From the IMG/VR virus record IMGVR_UViG_3300050120_000109, positions 1 through 43,141 of that record: 43,141 bases of DNA. The stretch is one strand, 5' to 3'. Shown here piece after piece: positions 26,501-33,146 of the stretch. This DNA is from a virus. Position numbers and translations under genes: made by a program. The stretch's first letter is position 1; each line of letters starts with the position of its first letter. The notes beneath the pieces were generated by a model. That model did no database searches, was not told the DNA's origin, and was given only the letters and a program-made list of their open reading frames with translations.

Positions 26501-27961
26501 CTCGTCTACGATCCGGTTAAAAGCTGGGACGCGGAATTGCGCCGGCAAAAGGCGGCGGGCGGGCTGTTCGAAAATAGCTATTTCAAGGCGTCAACGCCAA
26601 AGGGACACACGCTAAAGCGTATCGACAATTATTACGCACCCATCCGCCTGAGCCTCGATGCGATGCCGTGGAAGCTGGGCCAGGCGGTCCATGACCTGGC
26701 GTTCCGCGAAGCCATCATGGCGGCGGATAAATTCCTCGGGGACAAGCGGTTGCGCGGTGTCGTTTCGTCGGCGCTCGGGCGTGAGTATGTCGGGCAATTC
26801 CGGCCGTGGCTGCAATCCATCGCCAACGATCGCAACGTCGATGACAAGGGCTTGACCGGGCTGGACTGGCTGGCGCGGCAGGCGCGCATCAACACAACCA
26901 TGGTGGGGGTTGGGTTCCGGGTCACCACCATGCTCAAGCATGGCACAACGGCGTTGTTCAATTCGTTTGGTGAGTTGGGCGCGACGTGGATGCTGCGGGG
27001 CACGCGGGAGGTCTACGGCTCGCCGGAACGCTTCATGGCCGCGCATGATTTCATCCTGTCGCAATCTGGGGAAATGCGGCATCGGATCAACTCGATCGAT
27101 CGTGACGTGCGGGAGGGCCTGCGCACCATTCAGGGCGAAAGCGGCCTCCGCGCGACGGCGGAGCGGTTCGGTCACTACGGCGTGGCAATCCTCGATATGG
27201 GGTCGGCGCTGCCGACGTGGATGGGCGCCTACCGCAAGGCGCTGGCGGAGGGGGTCGCGCCTGATGCGGCGGTCCTCGCGGCCGATAAGTCGGTGCGCAA
27301 TGCGCACGGCGCGCAAGGTATTACCGACGTGGCGGCGGTGCAGCGTGGCGGCGATGTCGCAAAGATGTTCACGATGTTCTATGGCTTTTTCAATCATATC
27401 TATAACAGGCAGAGGGATACTCTTCGCACCGCTGGTCAAGCGATAGATCAGGCCAAGCAAGGTGAGTTCGCCGGCGCGCGCCGGGACTTCGGCATCGTCT
27501 TGGCGCGGACCTTCTACTACTTGATTGTGCCGGCGCTGGTCGAAGCGATGGTGTCGGAAGGCGGGCCGGACAAGGACAAGGATGAAAGCTGGCTGGGCTG
27601 GGCGGCGAAGGCGGTTGCCGGGGAAATCCCGGCCGGTATTCCGCTGCTCCGCGATGCCGCGAAAGCCGCGATCTCCGGGCGGACCTATGAAATGTCGCCG
27701 ATTGCAAAGGCGGTCGAGACGGCCATCCTCGCCGGCCGGGATATCGGGTCTGCGATCGGGCTGCGCGATCACGAGGCGTCGCCGCGCTGGGTGCGGCACG
27801 CGATCGAAACGCCTGGCTACGTGTTCGGCCTTCCCACGGGGCAGGCGGCGGGGACCGCGCAATACCTGTGGGACATCTGGCACGGGGACGAAGAACCGGA
27901 CGGCGCGGCGGATTTCATGCGGGGCCTGATGTATGGGCCGAAACCCAAGGGCGCCAGCTAA
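20498..27961 (+). CDS. Giant polyvalent virion/ejection protein (2487 aa) with a PARP-like ADP-ribosyltransferase module and an HExxH zincin motif
   Basis: It is a single uninterrupted ORF in the T7 gp16 position. Residues about 829-1195 (nt about 22982..24082) read 'YHGSPHVFDKF...GEGAQVFGHGLYFAGNKGIARYY' ... 'GTHNYVVFDDKRV'. 'FLHETGHLWLDEM...EQHELFARGFEAYL' lies at residues 1229-1290 (HETGH at nt 24188..24202). There is a Gly/Ala-rich hydrophobic stretch at residues about 220-320. Confidence 0.9.
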   Translation: MPDDFASFVTSTLGGPVAPAAGAAPGAVGGLPSPANDIGGGFPAFMKSMHLATAQAAKGAVGAAADVNPDEAGKAVQLAPQLGLPASVVETDVPGFTQQAAAAKSNALIDGNPVLASWLAANPDAARIAKDDFDKLDVVTKAATALKSGWTGAFAGDQRGRLGMQTMLGDNSPATAASIAGFDKQLAASPQLSGVYGALQKVTGFAGGLLDNFLHSAPEAYVGAAVGGAGGLAGGGPAAPVTGAVGAIGGAAVGLGVGFKWDMSQIAAGNTYLDLGNVKGAGGESIGESAKQAAAVLVGIGTYALAGLGGKASGVPQAASGLLSDAIKESVVQPTVARALGQFAGKLAAGGAEFAAINAGMEGTSIFGTELAKQLSAGDFDTVFNDPVTRQQVIDNLMSAALDGAMLGPLVRVPGAAMGFAESSIRARQAASDVEAFHALETGTADSRMRGRSLDAFHAFLARQTDGAPTENLFLPADRVRELYQSAGIEPGADDGLLGKVAPDIAEQLDQAQHTGGDVVLPTAAYVTHLAGTPLSDHLRPDIRVRPDAMSAREAMDFQSKRAEWLADQVASTHAEMEHEQAAAGPERDVFDDVFSQLRGAGHTVDAARQYAAVVAARYGARAARLGPDAGSALDLYHQAGLTVQRAVPDDLAALPVTDTDMVLNALRQGGKRLPSTRDLMGPNLTEFVKDRGGVYDDTGDLRAMDLQRERGLIRIQKKTGLQWESKAGRTINDHHVAAWEQGYFPEHGNDPTFDDHDFVNALAAESRGDRRYALGNVDERRKGFSDAAASMDRWLDDNNIDLDHVTNDDVKRMLAQHAGDAADAYDQSAYHGSPHVFDKFDSAKIGTGEGAQVFGHGLYFAGNKGIARYYRDALSKGKTVGGVPSTELSKGAQTALRMARDMGGVARGLREYETLIAAEKRAVEEHERIVADLKAHPEKQDRDAEGWGDLGGHLSGVEADLAYRKERLAHYEETLAGFKELEGKEIKGDGRLFHVDLPEDHEYLDWDKPLKDQPAHVRAALHALGVSGDFQWSDKQPIGGGDHAWMMTDTGGGPWATQRAIIRTFGDKFEVELMHEVRPDDNESRGRTFDSLDEAKAYTETAVDKAGWGSRGSDAYHDLARKLVAPVDPEARNEGNPPGWGHVEPEHREDPAAASRALLEHGVVGVRYLDAGSRGSEGGTHNYVVFDDKRVTVKSFEQRKGDEPRGKITLEDGRAIITLFAKADLSTFLHETGHLWLDEMVQDAARPDAPQGIRDDMAAILKWMKIESPDQIDTEQHELFARGFEAYLMTGKAPSAALVGAFRKFKAWMVSIYQNALGLRAPINDQMRAVMDRMLATDNEIDAARASERHGALFRDAASAGMTNAEFAAYTGAVSAARDQASDRLLRRAMEAIRAQRTKSYREERAGIRDDVERQMRTQQDQRAQYWLRTGRMLDDPEAESGVPHQRLSGHAIKGMYDNDGVFDLLPKGTYSMVHAGIQPADVAEMFGYRDGQGLVSALMNLEARRKKAVADTGKPLDGMGFLAHQVDQETDRRMMERRGDALADGSIEEEALAAVHNAAQADVMATELRALARKAGENPPFSMASLKQWAASTIADLPVDRGAYPGTYRRSEARAGREAERALLKGDLPAAWQAKQRQLVNHLLATEADLAKDDYDAGKKLFQRFAGRGAFAGIDQAYTDRIHELLKRFGFQTSRSDDELGRGLGAQTLEGFVQTKSADGYEITIDPAFFDPRLAKPLDDLTTEEFRALKDAVTSLAHVGRMEKSVVVEGQKLELSELVAEGVDQLKDWKRSDVPAEINAGTATGFRGLLEKVSSLMRTADAGMLKQEQVFDWLDNRKADGVFNRVVFEPLKAAQHRENDLMVMLTGRLKALHETMPDGWEKGLGVSKVMPELIDERTGKPFKFRHQDILALALNTGNAVNADKLARGYGWDRGDIKTVLDREMTEHDWNFVQGIWDTFETLWPDIESLTRRMTGLGPEKVEAVPVQTPHGEFRGGYYPLVYDPVKSWDAELRRQKAAGGLFENSYFKASTPKGHTLKRIDNYYAPIRLSLDAMPWKLGQAVHDLAFREAIMAADKFLGDKRLRGVVSSALGREYVGQFRPWLQSIANDRNVDDKGLTGLDWLARQARINTTMVGVGFRVTTMLKHGTTALFNSFGELGATWMLRGTREVYGSPERFMAAHDFILSQSGEMRHRINSIDRDVREGLRTIQGESGLRATAERFGHYGVAILDMGSALPTWMGAYRKALAEGVAPDAAVLAADKSVRNAHGAQGITDVAAVQRGGDVAKMFTMFYGFFNHIYNRQRDTLRTAGQAIDQAKQGEFAGARRDFGIVLARTFYYLIVPALVEAMVSEGGPDKDKDESWLGWAAKAVAGEIPAGIPLLRDAAKAAISGRTYEMSPIAKAVETAILAGRDIGSAIGLRDHEASPRWVRHAIETPGYVFGLPTGQAAGTAQYLWDIWHGDEEPDGAADFMRGLMYGPKPKGAS
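23971..23980 (+). repeat. Copy 6 of GTTACTAGAG (plus orientation), inside the giant gene
   Basis: Exact 10-mer. In frame it reads as A-L-L-E-H. Confidence 0.9.
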
Positions 27962-28302
27962 TGCGGCTTGCAGGGCAGGCGCAGGGTCTTCGGGTCGTCC
28001 GGCCGGCCGGCCGTCGAGACCGCGACCGAGTAGCTGCATCGGGTGCAAAGGGCGAGCCATATGCCGCACCGGGACGCGGGGTGAGGCAGCAATACCCGGC
28101 AACGGTGCTTCGCCGTCAAGGCGAGGTCGTAGCCGGTCCCGTTCGGATAGGCCGGGTTCGGCGGCTCGGTCGGCTCGCGGTGCTTGTCGATCCATTCAAT
28201 CACGAAATGGTCGTTGTCGAACGGGGCCTCGCCTGGCTGTCCGAGGTTCATCTGTCCGGCCTCCATCCATGCCTGTTCGTTGCTGAAATTATCGCCGTCC
28301 AT
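27958..28302 (-). CDS. Small Cys-rich conserved hypothetical protein (114 aa), antisense to the late operon
   Basis: ATG at 28302 with GAGAGGA about 8 nt upstream. 'FVIEWIDKHREPTEPPNPAYPNGTGYDLALTAKHRCRVLLPHPASRCGIWLALCTRCSYSVAVSTAGRPDDPKTLRLPCK' has a real-protein composition with four spaced Cys. Its stop overlaps the giant-gene stop. Confidence 0.65.
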   Translation of the reverse strand: MDGDNFSNEQAWMEAGQMNLGQPGEAPFDNDHFVIEWIDKHREPTEPPNPAYPNGTGYDLALTAKHRCRVLLPHPASRCGIWLALCTRCSYSVAVSTAGRPDDPKTLRLPCKPH

Positions 28303-28334
28303 CGGTCGGCATCCTCTCACATGCGGGTTCCAAC

Positions 28335-30230
28335 ATGACTGTTCAAACCACGGCCGCGACGGCGTCGTACGCCGGCAACGGTGCCACGACAAGCTTTCCG
28401 TATCCGTTCCCGATCCCGGACTCGTCGCAAGTCGTCGTCTCGGTCGCCTCCGCCTTGGGTGTGGTGAGTGAACTGGCATCGACGCAGTACTCAATCTCCG
28501 GGCTGGGGTCGTCGGTCGGCGGCGCGGTGATCTATCCGCTGGCCGGGGCGCCGCTGGCGGCGGGTGCCGGGATTTCCATCGAGCGGGTGTTGCCGCTGGT
28601 CCAGGCCACGAACCTGCCGAACGCGGGCGGGTGGTATCCGGCTGTCGTGGAAGGGGCGCTGGATTACCTCACGATGTTGGTGCAGCAGCTTCAAGCGCAG
28701 TTGGGCCGGCAACTGACGGTGCCGGCGGTTGACCTGGCGCCGAATGTCATCCTGCCGCCCGTCGCCGCGCGCGCTGGGCAACTGCTGGGCTTCGATAGCA
28801 CCGGCTCGCCGATCGCCGCGCAACCGTCGTCGGCGCTGATCTCGGCCGCGCTGCAACCGTTCGCGGCCTCGGCAACGACGATCGCCGCTCTGAGCCTGTT
28901 GCAGTATCAAGACCCGGCCGTCGCGGCGGTGGCGCGGTCGATCACGTCGCGCATAGCTGACGCGGGTATCTACTTCACGGATTTCGCGGGCGCTGATCCG
29001 ACGAACACCACGTTCTGTGACGCGCCTTGGATTCAGTTCGTCTCTGCGGTGATGATAAGCGGCCGGCCGGGCATTGTGCCGGCTGGGCACTTCAAGTTCG
29101 CCAACGCCGGGACGATGGATTTCGGCCTGGCTGCGGCGGCGGGCGGTTCGGCCAAGTTCTACGGGGTGCAGGGGAGATCCATTTTGGATTTTACGGCCGC
29201 GACAACGGCCTCGCCCGCGCTGCAAATCACGGACAGCGTCGGCGGCAAAGCCTGCTTCTATGGGGCGGTTGTCGATATCACCATCCTTGCCAACTGCCCG
29301 GCGGCGGCGGTCGCGATCGGCCTGACCAATCATTCCGACGCCTTCAACGGGTTTCATTTCCGGCTGCAAATCGCCAACTCGTCGGCGTCGGCGGCGGCGA
29401 TTGGGCTGCAAGTCAACGGCGCCTATAACTGCGACTTCTGGGTGACGGCCAATAACGGCGGCCATGGTGACGGCTTTCAGTTCACGGAAATGGCGTTCTG
29501 CAAGTTCTTTGGGGCGGCTGGACATTGCGATATCGCGCAACACTGCACGCTGTTCTACGTGTTCGGGAACGTCTTTCATGCTCTCGACTTGGAAGTCTGC
29601 AATACTTGTGTCGTGATCGATAGCGCGAATTGCTCGCGCAACACCTGGCTGGGTGGTCAGTTCGTCTGGTCGAACGGGTCGGGTCCGCCAGTCGCCGGCA
29701 TCAACGCGACGCAAGGCGGTCTCAACCAGTTCATGGGCGTGAACTATGCGTCGGGCACGCCGATTGCGACGGGGCAGGTCGGTATCATCGTCGTGGGCCA
29801 AGGCATCGGAACCGAGGTTTTCGGCGGGGTATTGGTCTCGCCGCTCGCGGGCGACGCCGCGTTCGCCGTCGATTCGGTTGTCGGCAACACGGCGGAATTC
29901 GTGTTCCGCGTGGGCGGGGTGGCGCGCTGGGGGATTTCGCGGAACAACGCGGCGGAAACTGGCGGCAATGTCGGGTCCGATCTGCTGTTCACAAACTACA
30001 GCGACGCCGGGGCTTCGATTGCCAATGTCGCTTACATCACCCGGTCAACCGGTGCGTTCAATATCCCCTTGGTCGAACTGGGCGCGGGCGGCGGCAAGGT
30101 CGGTTTCTATGGCACGGGGCCAATCGCCAAGGGCACGATGTCGGGTTCGAAGGCGAGCGGCGCGGCGCTCGCCTCGGTGATCAGTCTGCTGGCGAATGTC
30201 GGACTGGGCACGGACACCACAACCGCGTGA
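28335..30230 (+). CDS. Tail fibre / tailspike with a probable right-handed beta-helix (depolymerase-like) body (631 aa)
   Basis: The N-terminus 'ASYAGNGATTSFPYPFPIPDSSQVVVSV...ERVLPLVQATNLPNAGGWYPAVVEGALDYLTMLVQQLQ' is a common phage fibre anchor pattern. The C-terminal part has repetitive Gly/Asn/Ala/Phe beta-helix-like periodicity. Confidence 0.8.
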   Translation: MTVQTTAATASYAGNGATTSFPYPFPIPDSSQVVVSVASALGVVSELASTQYSISGLGSSVGGAVIYPLAGAPLAAGAGISIERVLPLVQATNLPNAGGWYPAVVEGALDYLTMLVQQLQAQLGRQLTVPAVDLAPNVILPPVAARAGQLLGFDSTGSPIAAQPSSALISAALQPFAASATTIAALSLLQYQDPAVAAVARSITSRIADAGIYFTDFAGADPTNTTFCDAPWIQFVSAVMISGRPGIVPAGHFKFANAGTMDFGLAAAAGGSAKFYGVQGRSILDFTAATTASPALQITDSVGGKACFYGAVVDITILANCPAAAVAIGLTNHSDAFNGFHFRLQIANSSASAAAIGLQVNGAYNCDFWVTANNGGHGDGFQFTEMAFCKFFGAAGHCDIAQHCTLFYVFGNVFHALDLEVCNTCVVIDSANCSRNTWLGGQFVWSNGSGPPVAGINATQGGLNQFMGVNYASGTPIATGQVGIIVVGQGIGTEVFGGVLVSPLAGDAAFAVDSVVGNTAEFVFRVGGVARWGISRNNAAETGGNVGSDLLFTNYSDAGASIANVAYITRSTGAFNIPLVELGAGGGKVGFYGTGPIAKGTMSGSKASGAALASVISLLANVGLGTDTTTA

Positions 30231-30250
30231 ACCACATAAGGGAAACTCAC

Positions 30251-30643
30251 ATGCGAAACATACTATTGTGCGCCGCGGGCGTGTGCCTGGTGCTGTCCGG
30301 CTGCTCGCCGGGAGATCAGGCAAGTGGGGTGGCGATCGGGCAGGCGACGCTCGCGGCGGTCGGGGCGAATACGCCAGTCCGGGGGCAACTGTTCTGCAAG
30401 GCGGTCAACCCGGTTGGTGAGACGGTTATCGAGGCGCTCGCCGATGCTGCCGGGGTGCCGGTCATCGTCTCCGGTATGGCGGTGGATGCGGTCAACACGC
30501 TCTGTGGTGGGGTGAACGGCAAGCCGGTCGCGCCGCCGGCTGACACGTCTACGGTCGTCGTCCAGTCTGTCGTAATCCCGGCTGGGGTCGTGGTGGGCAC
30601 GCCGGCCGCGCCGCTGGCGCCGATCAACCTGCCGGTCTCGTAG
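30251..30643 (+). CDS. Lipoprotein (130 aa)
   Basis: AAGGGA lies upstream of ATG 30251. 'MRNILLCAAGVCLVLSGC' is a signal peptide with an L-S-G-C lipobox. Confidence 0.7.
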   Translation: MRNILLCAAGVCLVLSGCSPGDQASGVAIGQATLAAVGANTPVRGQLFCKAVNPVGETVIEALADAAGVPVIVSGMAVDAVNTLCGGVNGKPVAPPADTSTVVVQSVVIPAGVVVGTPAAPLAPINLPVS

Positions 30644-31174
30644 GCCGTTGCCCGGCCGGCGGGGGTAGGTCGTCGGCCGGGTCGGACTGAATTGCCAATG
30701 TAGCTTGGCCCCGCTGGACAATCCGGCGGGTGCCGGGACCGTCGTCCCGCTATGCGGTTTCGTCAAGGGTGTGGCGCGTTCCTGATTCGGTCCATCCGAT
30801 TCCTGGTCGAGTCGGGGTGGTCGCGCGGCCGATTCATAACGTTCGCTTGGCGTATCGGCGGTGCGAGTCTCGATCTGGAATCGTTGATCTTTCCCTAACT
30901 TCCCATGCCGATGCAACGAGACTCCGCAACGTACTGATTTACAAGGGGTCTTGCGGCGCGGTGGGGAAGTACCGCAGCATGTCCACGCACAAGGCGTCGG
31001 CCGGGCTAACTGTTTTGCCGCAATCAAGCCCAATCGGACCCTGTGCGCCCCGAGGAAGTGGAAAGGGGCGCTACGCGCAGACATGCTTTGGTAGGTCGAG
31101 AGGGTAGGCAAACCCGATCGGGAATACAAGGGGCATGACGGGCGGGGCGGTCGCTTTCCCAATATTGAGGAAGT
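30644..31174. other. 530-bp apparently non-coding region containing a GANTC cluster. Candidate origin, regulatory region or structured RNA.
   Basis: The only ORFs are Arg/Ser/Pro-rich and look spurious in all frames. GC looks lower than the flanks by eye. Seven GANTC sites lie at 30784..30924. Confidence 0.5.
30651..30681 (+). terminator. Weak terminator-like hairpin at the end of the late operon
   Basis: CCCGGCCG / CGGCCGGG form an 8-bp stem with a 15-nt loop. There is no U-tract. Confidence 0.3.
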
Positions 31175-31747
31175 GTGACCGTGAGCGAACCAAGTGTCCG
31201 TAAGTATAGAAAAGAGATACGTGCGCACTTATCTGGTGCGGATGCGGGGCGGTGCGCAGCTTTCGCGCGCATGATGAAGGCGGCGCGCCGGATAGGTGTG
31301 TCGGCTCATTCACTTTTCGAACTGATAATGTGGTCGTTCCGCAACCATGGGCAGGGGCTTGTGCGGAAGAGTATCTCGGAAATGGTGCGGCTGTCGGGGA
31401 TGTGTCGGCAAACCATCGTCACGGCCATTAAGCAACTCGAAGATGCGGGGCTGCTGCGCAAGGTCAAGCGGCGGATTTTCGTTCGCTGGGCGCTTGGCAT
31501 CGCGTCGCGTCAGGACGTGAATATCTATGAATTGCTGGTCCCGGTCACAGAGTCTAATCGGCAGACGGTGGTAGGGGAAAATATAGAGTTAGAGTCCCTT
31601 GAACAAATGCGCCTCCGGAGAGGCGACGATATGGGGGGGGATGTGGATAAGTCGCCCCTCGATCTGGCGTTGGAAAAGCTGGGGGAAAGCATCAAGCGAC
31701 GACTGCCGGTAGCGCCTCGTCGTTGGGACTGGGTGCAACGCGGCTAG
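31175..31747 (+). CDS. Winged-helix (HTH_36-like) protein, candidate replication initiator or regulator
   Basis: 'ISEMVRLSGMCRQTIVTAIKQLEDAGLLRKVKRR' is a typical wHTH. GAGGAAG lies at 31167..31173, so the true start may be GTG 31181. Confidence 0.65.
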   Translation: MTVSEPSVRKYRKEIRAHLSGADAGRCAAFARMMKAARRIGVSAHSLFELIMWSFRNHGQGLVRKSISEMVRLSGMCRQTIVTAIKQLEDAGLLRKVKRRIFVRWALGIASRQDVNIYELLVPVTESNRQTVVGENIELESLEQMRLRRGDDMGGDVDKSPLDLALEKLGESIKRRLPVAPRRWDWVQRG

Positions 31748-32112
31748 AACAGCGACGGTTGCCCGAAAGATTGCTCGGTAAGGGGTGCGGGTGGTCGGGC
31801 CTGTGGGGCGGGCTGTGGCGCCTGGTGCGGTCGATCGGCCGCTAAGGGCGCCGGGGTAACCGGTATCGGATCCCGCGAAAGGGTTAGCGTGCCGGCGCGT
31901 GAGCGTTGGATCGCGTCAACCGTCGCGGCGTGGATGGTGTCGAAGCCGCCGCAAGGCGCGCCGGGCGGGCTGGGGCAGGCGGCGGGGAACGTCTCCCATG
32001 TGGTGGGGCAGTGCCCGCACACGCGCCGGCCTTGCAGCGCGCGCCGGACGGCCTCCGCGACGGCAAGGTCCGGGTTGGTGGCGTAGTCGGGTGCTGCGGC
32101 GTCAGCCGCCAT
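31744..32112 (-). CDS. Hypothetical protein (122 aa)
   Basis: It is last in the minus-strand operon that runs from 33018. It is convergent with 31175..31747, and their stops overlap on CTAG. Confidence 0.5.
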   Translation of the reverse strand: MAADAAAPDYATNPDLAVAEAVRRALQGRRVCGHCPTTWETFPAACPSPPGAPCGGFDTIHAATVDAIQRSRAGTLTLSRDPIPVTPAPLAADRPHQAPQPAPQARPPAPLTEQSFGQPSLF

Positions 32113-32266
32113 AGACGACCTGTGTGAGCGGATGCACGGGCGTTGCGTTCGTCATGTGGTCGAACGTGACCATAAGCTTGTCGGGCCGGCTCGCGTTGTA
32201 CGGCGCGATCGTGCCGGCCTTGCCGGCGACGGTAACCCGCTGGCCGGTGCGGGGCGTGCTGGGCAT
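32102..32266 (-). CDS. Possible small protein (54 aa)
   Basis: Internal ATG at 32266. 'GQRVTVAGKAGTIAPYNASRPDKLMVTFD' looks like a small beta-barrel. There is no clear RBS. Confidence 0.3.
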   Translation of the reverse strand: MPSTPRTGQRVTVAGKAGTIAPYNASRPDKLMVTFDHMTNATPVHPLTQVVYGG

Positions 32267-32316
32267 GTGGTGGCGGTCGGCAAGGCTGCCGTAGCCGGGT
32301 GGGTCGTTGGTGACAC

Positions 32317-32619
32317 TCAATGAACTGCTCCTGAACTTGGCGGTGTGGTGGCGGTCTCGGGCGGGTCTTCGGTCTGGATTGTGCCGTTCGGCGTCATCTC
32401 CCCCAGGTAGTGAATGGCCGCGATTGCCATGCGATAGAAGGCGTCGATGGCGTGCTTGTGGTCCTCCGCGTTGGCAACTTCGGTGCCAAGGGAAGCGAGG
32501 GCCTCGCCGGGTGTCATGCCGGGCGGTCGTCTGGCTTGTAAATTCGCTTCCATAAGCCGGCATGCCAACTCGACCGGGTCGAGGGCGATGGTAAGGGTAG
32601 CAGTCCGCACGGTAGGCAT
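32317..32619 (-). CDS. Hypothetical protein (100 aa)
   Basis: ATG at 32619 is preceded by AGGAGGA. Confidence 0.6.
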   Translation of the reverse strand: MPTVRTATLTIALDPVELACRLMEANLQARRPPGMTPGEALASLGTEVANAEDHKHAIDAFYRMAIAAIHYLGEMTPNGTIQTEDPPETATTPPSSGAVH

Positions 32620-32691
32620 GGGGCGTCCTCCTGCATGGTGGGGATGGTGCAAAGCGGGACCATCTCGCGCCAGTCTGGGCCGATGTGAAGA

Positions 32692-33018
32692 TCAGAGGGT
32701 ATAGGGTCGGCCGTCGTCATGGATCGGTCCGTCGCTGCCGCGTAGTGCGCCGCGTAGATGCGCCATTGCCAACGGCTCCGATATCGGTGGCGCGCCGGGG
32801 TTAGCACTCGCGGCGATGAACGCGCCGGCCTCGGCGAGTGCGGCCAAGCCGATGACGTTAAGTAAGGCTGGGTTGGCGTTGCGGCGTCGATGCAGGCTGA
32901 CGATGCGCAACAAGGTCTTGCGCAACTCCTTGCTGGTCTGGTCGGCGGTGGCTTCCCAAAGTTCCGGCGTGGGAATCTGATACGTGGCGGTCGGGTCGGT
33001 GGGGTCTCGCACGGGCAT
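32692..33018 (-). CDS. Hypothetical protein (108 aa), first gene of a minus-strand operon
   Basis: AGGAGG lies upstream of ATG 33018. Confidence 0.6.
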   Translation of the reverse strand: MPVRDPTDPTATYQIPTPELWEATADQTSKELRKTLLRIVSLHRRRNANPALLNVIGLAALAEAGAFIAASANPGAPPISEPLAMAHLRGALRGSDGPIHDDGRPYTL

Positions 33019-33146
33019 GTTATCCGGCCTCCTGTGCCGGTATTCGGGATTGTATTACGCATCTGGCACGATTAGAAAAGCGTAAGTTATATCACGCAAA
33101 AAGCTAACGGTGATTACGCTTGCATGTATCTCCCCTGTGACTAGCG
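33019..33146. promoter_or_regulatory. Divergent promoter region with ATTACGC motifs and a degenerate GTTACTAGAG-like box
   Basis: TATTACGC (33053..33060), GCGTAAG (33080..33086) and GATTACGC (33112..33119). GTGACTAGCG (33137..33146) abuts the helicase ATG. No SD is visible. Confidence 0.55.

Noticed and set aside
20498-27961. A possible virion RNA polymerase (N4-like) or T7-like single-subunit RNAP that would explain the GTTACTAGAG boxes.
   Set aside because: I could not find the palm motifs of single-subunit RNAPs (D-x2-GS-type motif A, R-x3-K-x6-YG motif B, HDS/HDA motif C) in the giant ORF or elsewhere. This remains only a formal possibility that needs profile searches.
28335-30643. A possible diversity-generating retroelement (DGR), because several head genes recall BPP-1-type phages.
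   Set aside because: No reverse-transcriptase-like ORF (no YxDD-type motif seen) is present. I found no template/variable repeat pair matching the tail-fibre 3' end.
30730-31107. ORF 30730..31107(+) and the 321-aa ORF 30263..31228(-) in the non-coding gap.
   Set aside because: Neither has an RBS. The compositions are dominated by Arg/Ser/Pro. The minus ORF also runs antisense through the well-supported lipoprotein gene.
31744-31747. Convergent gene pairs whose stop codons overlap on the palindrome CTAG (31744..31747 and 37111..37114), and on ctaa at 27958..27961.
   Set aside because: This is probably a by-product of tight packing. TAG on both strands shares CTAG. With only three cases there is no further conserved context.
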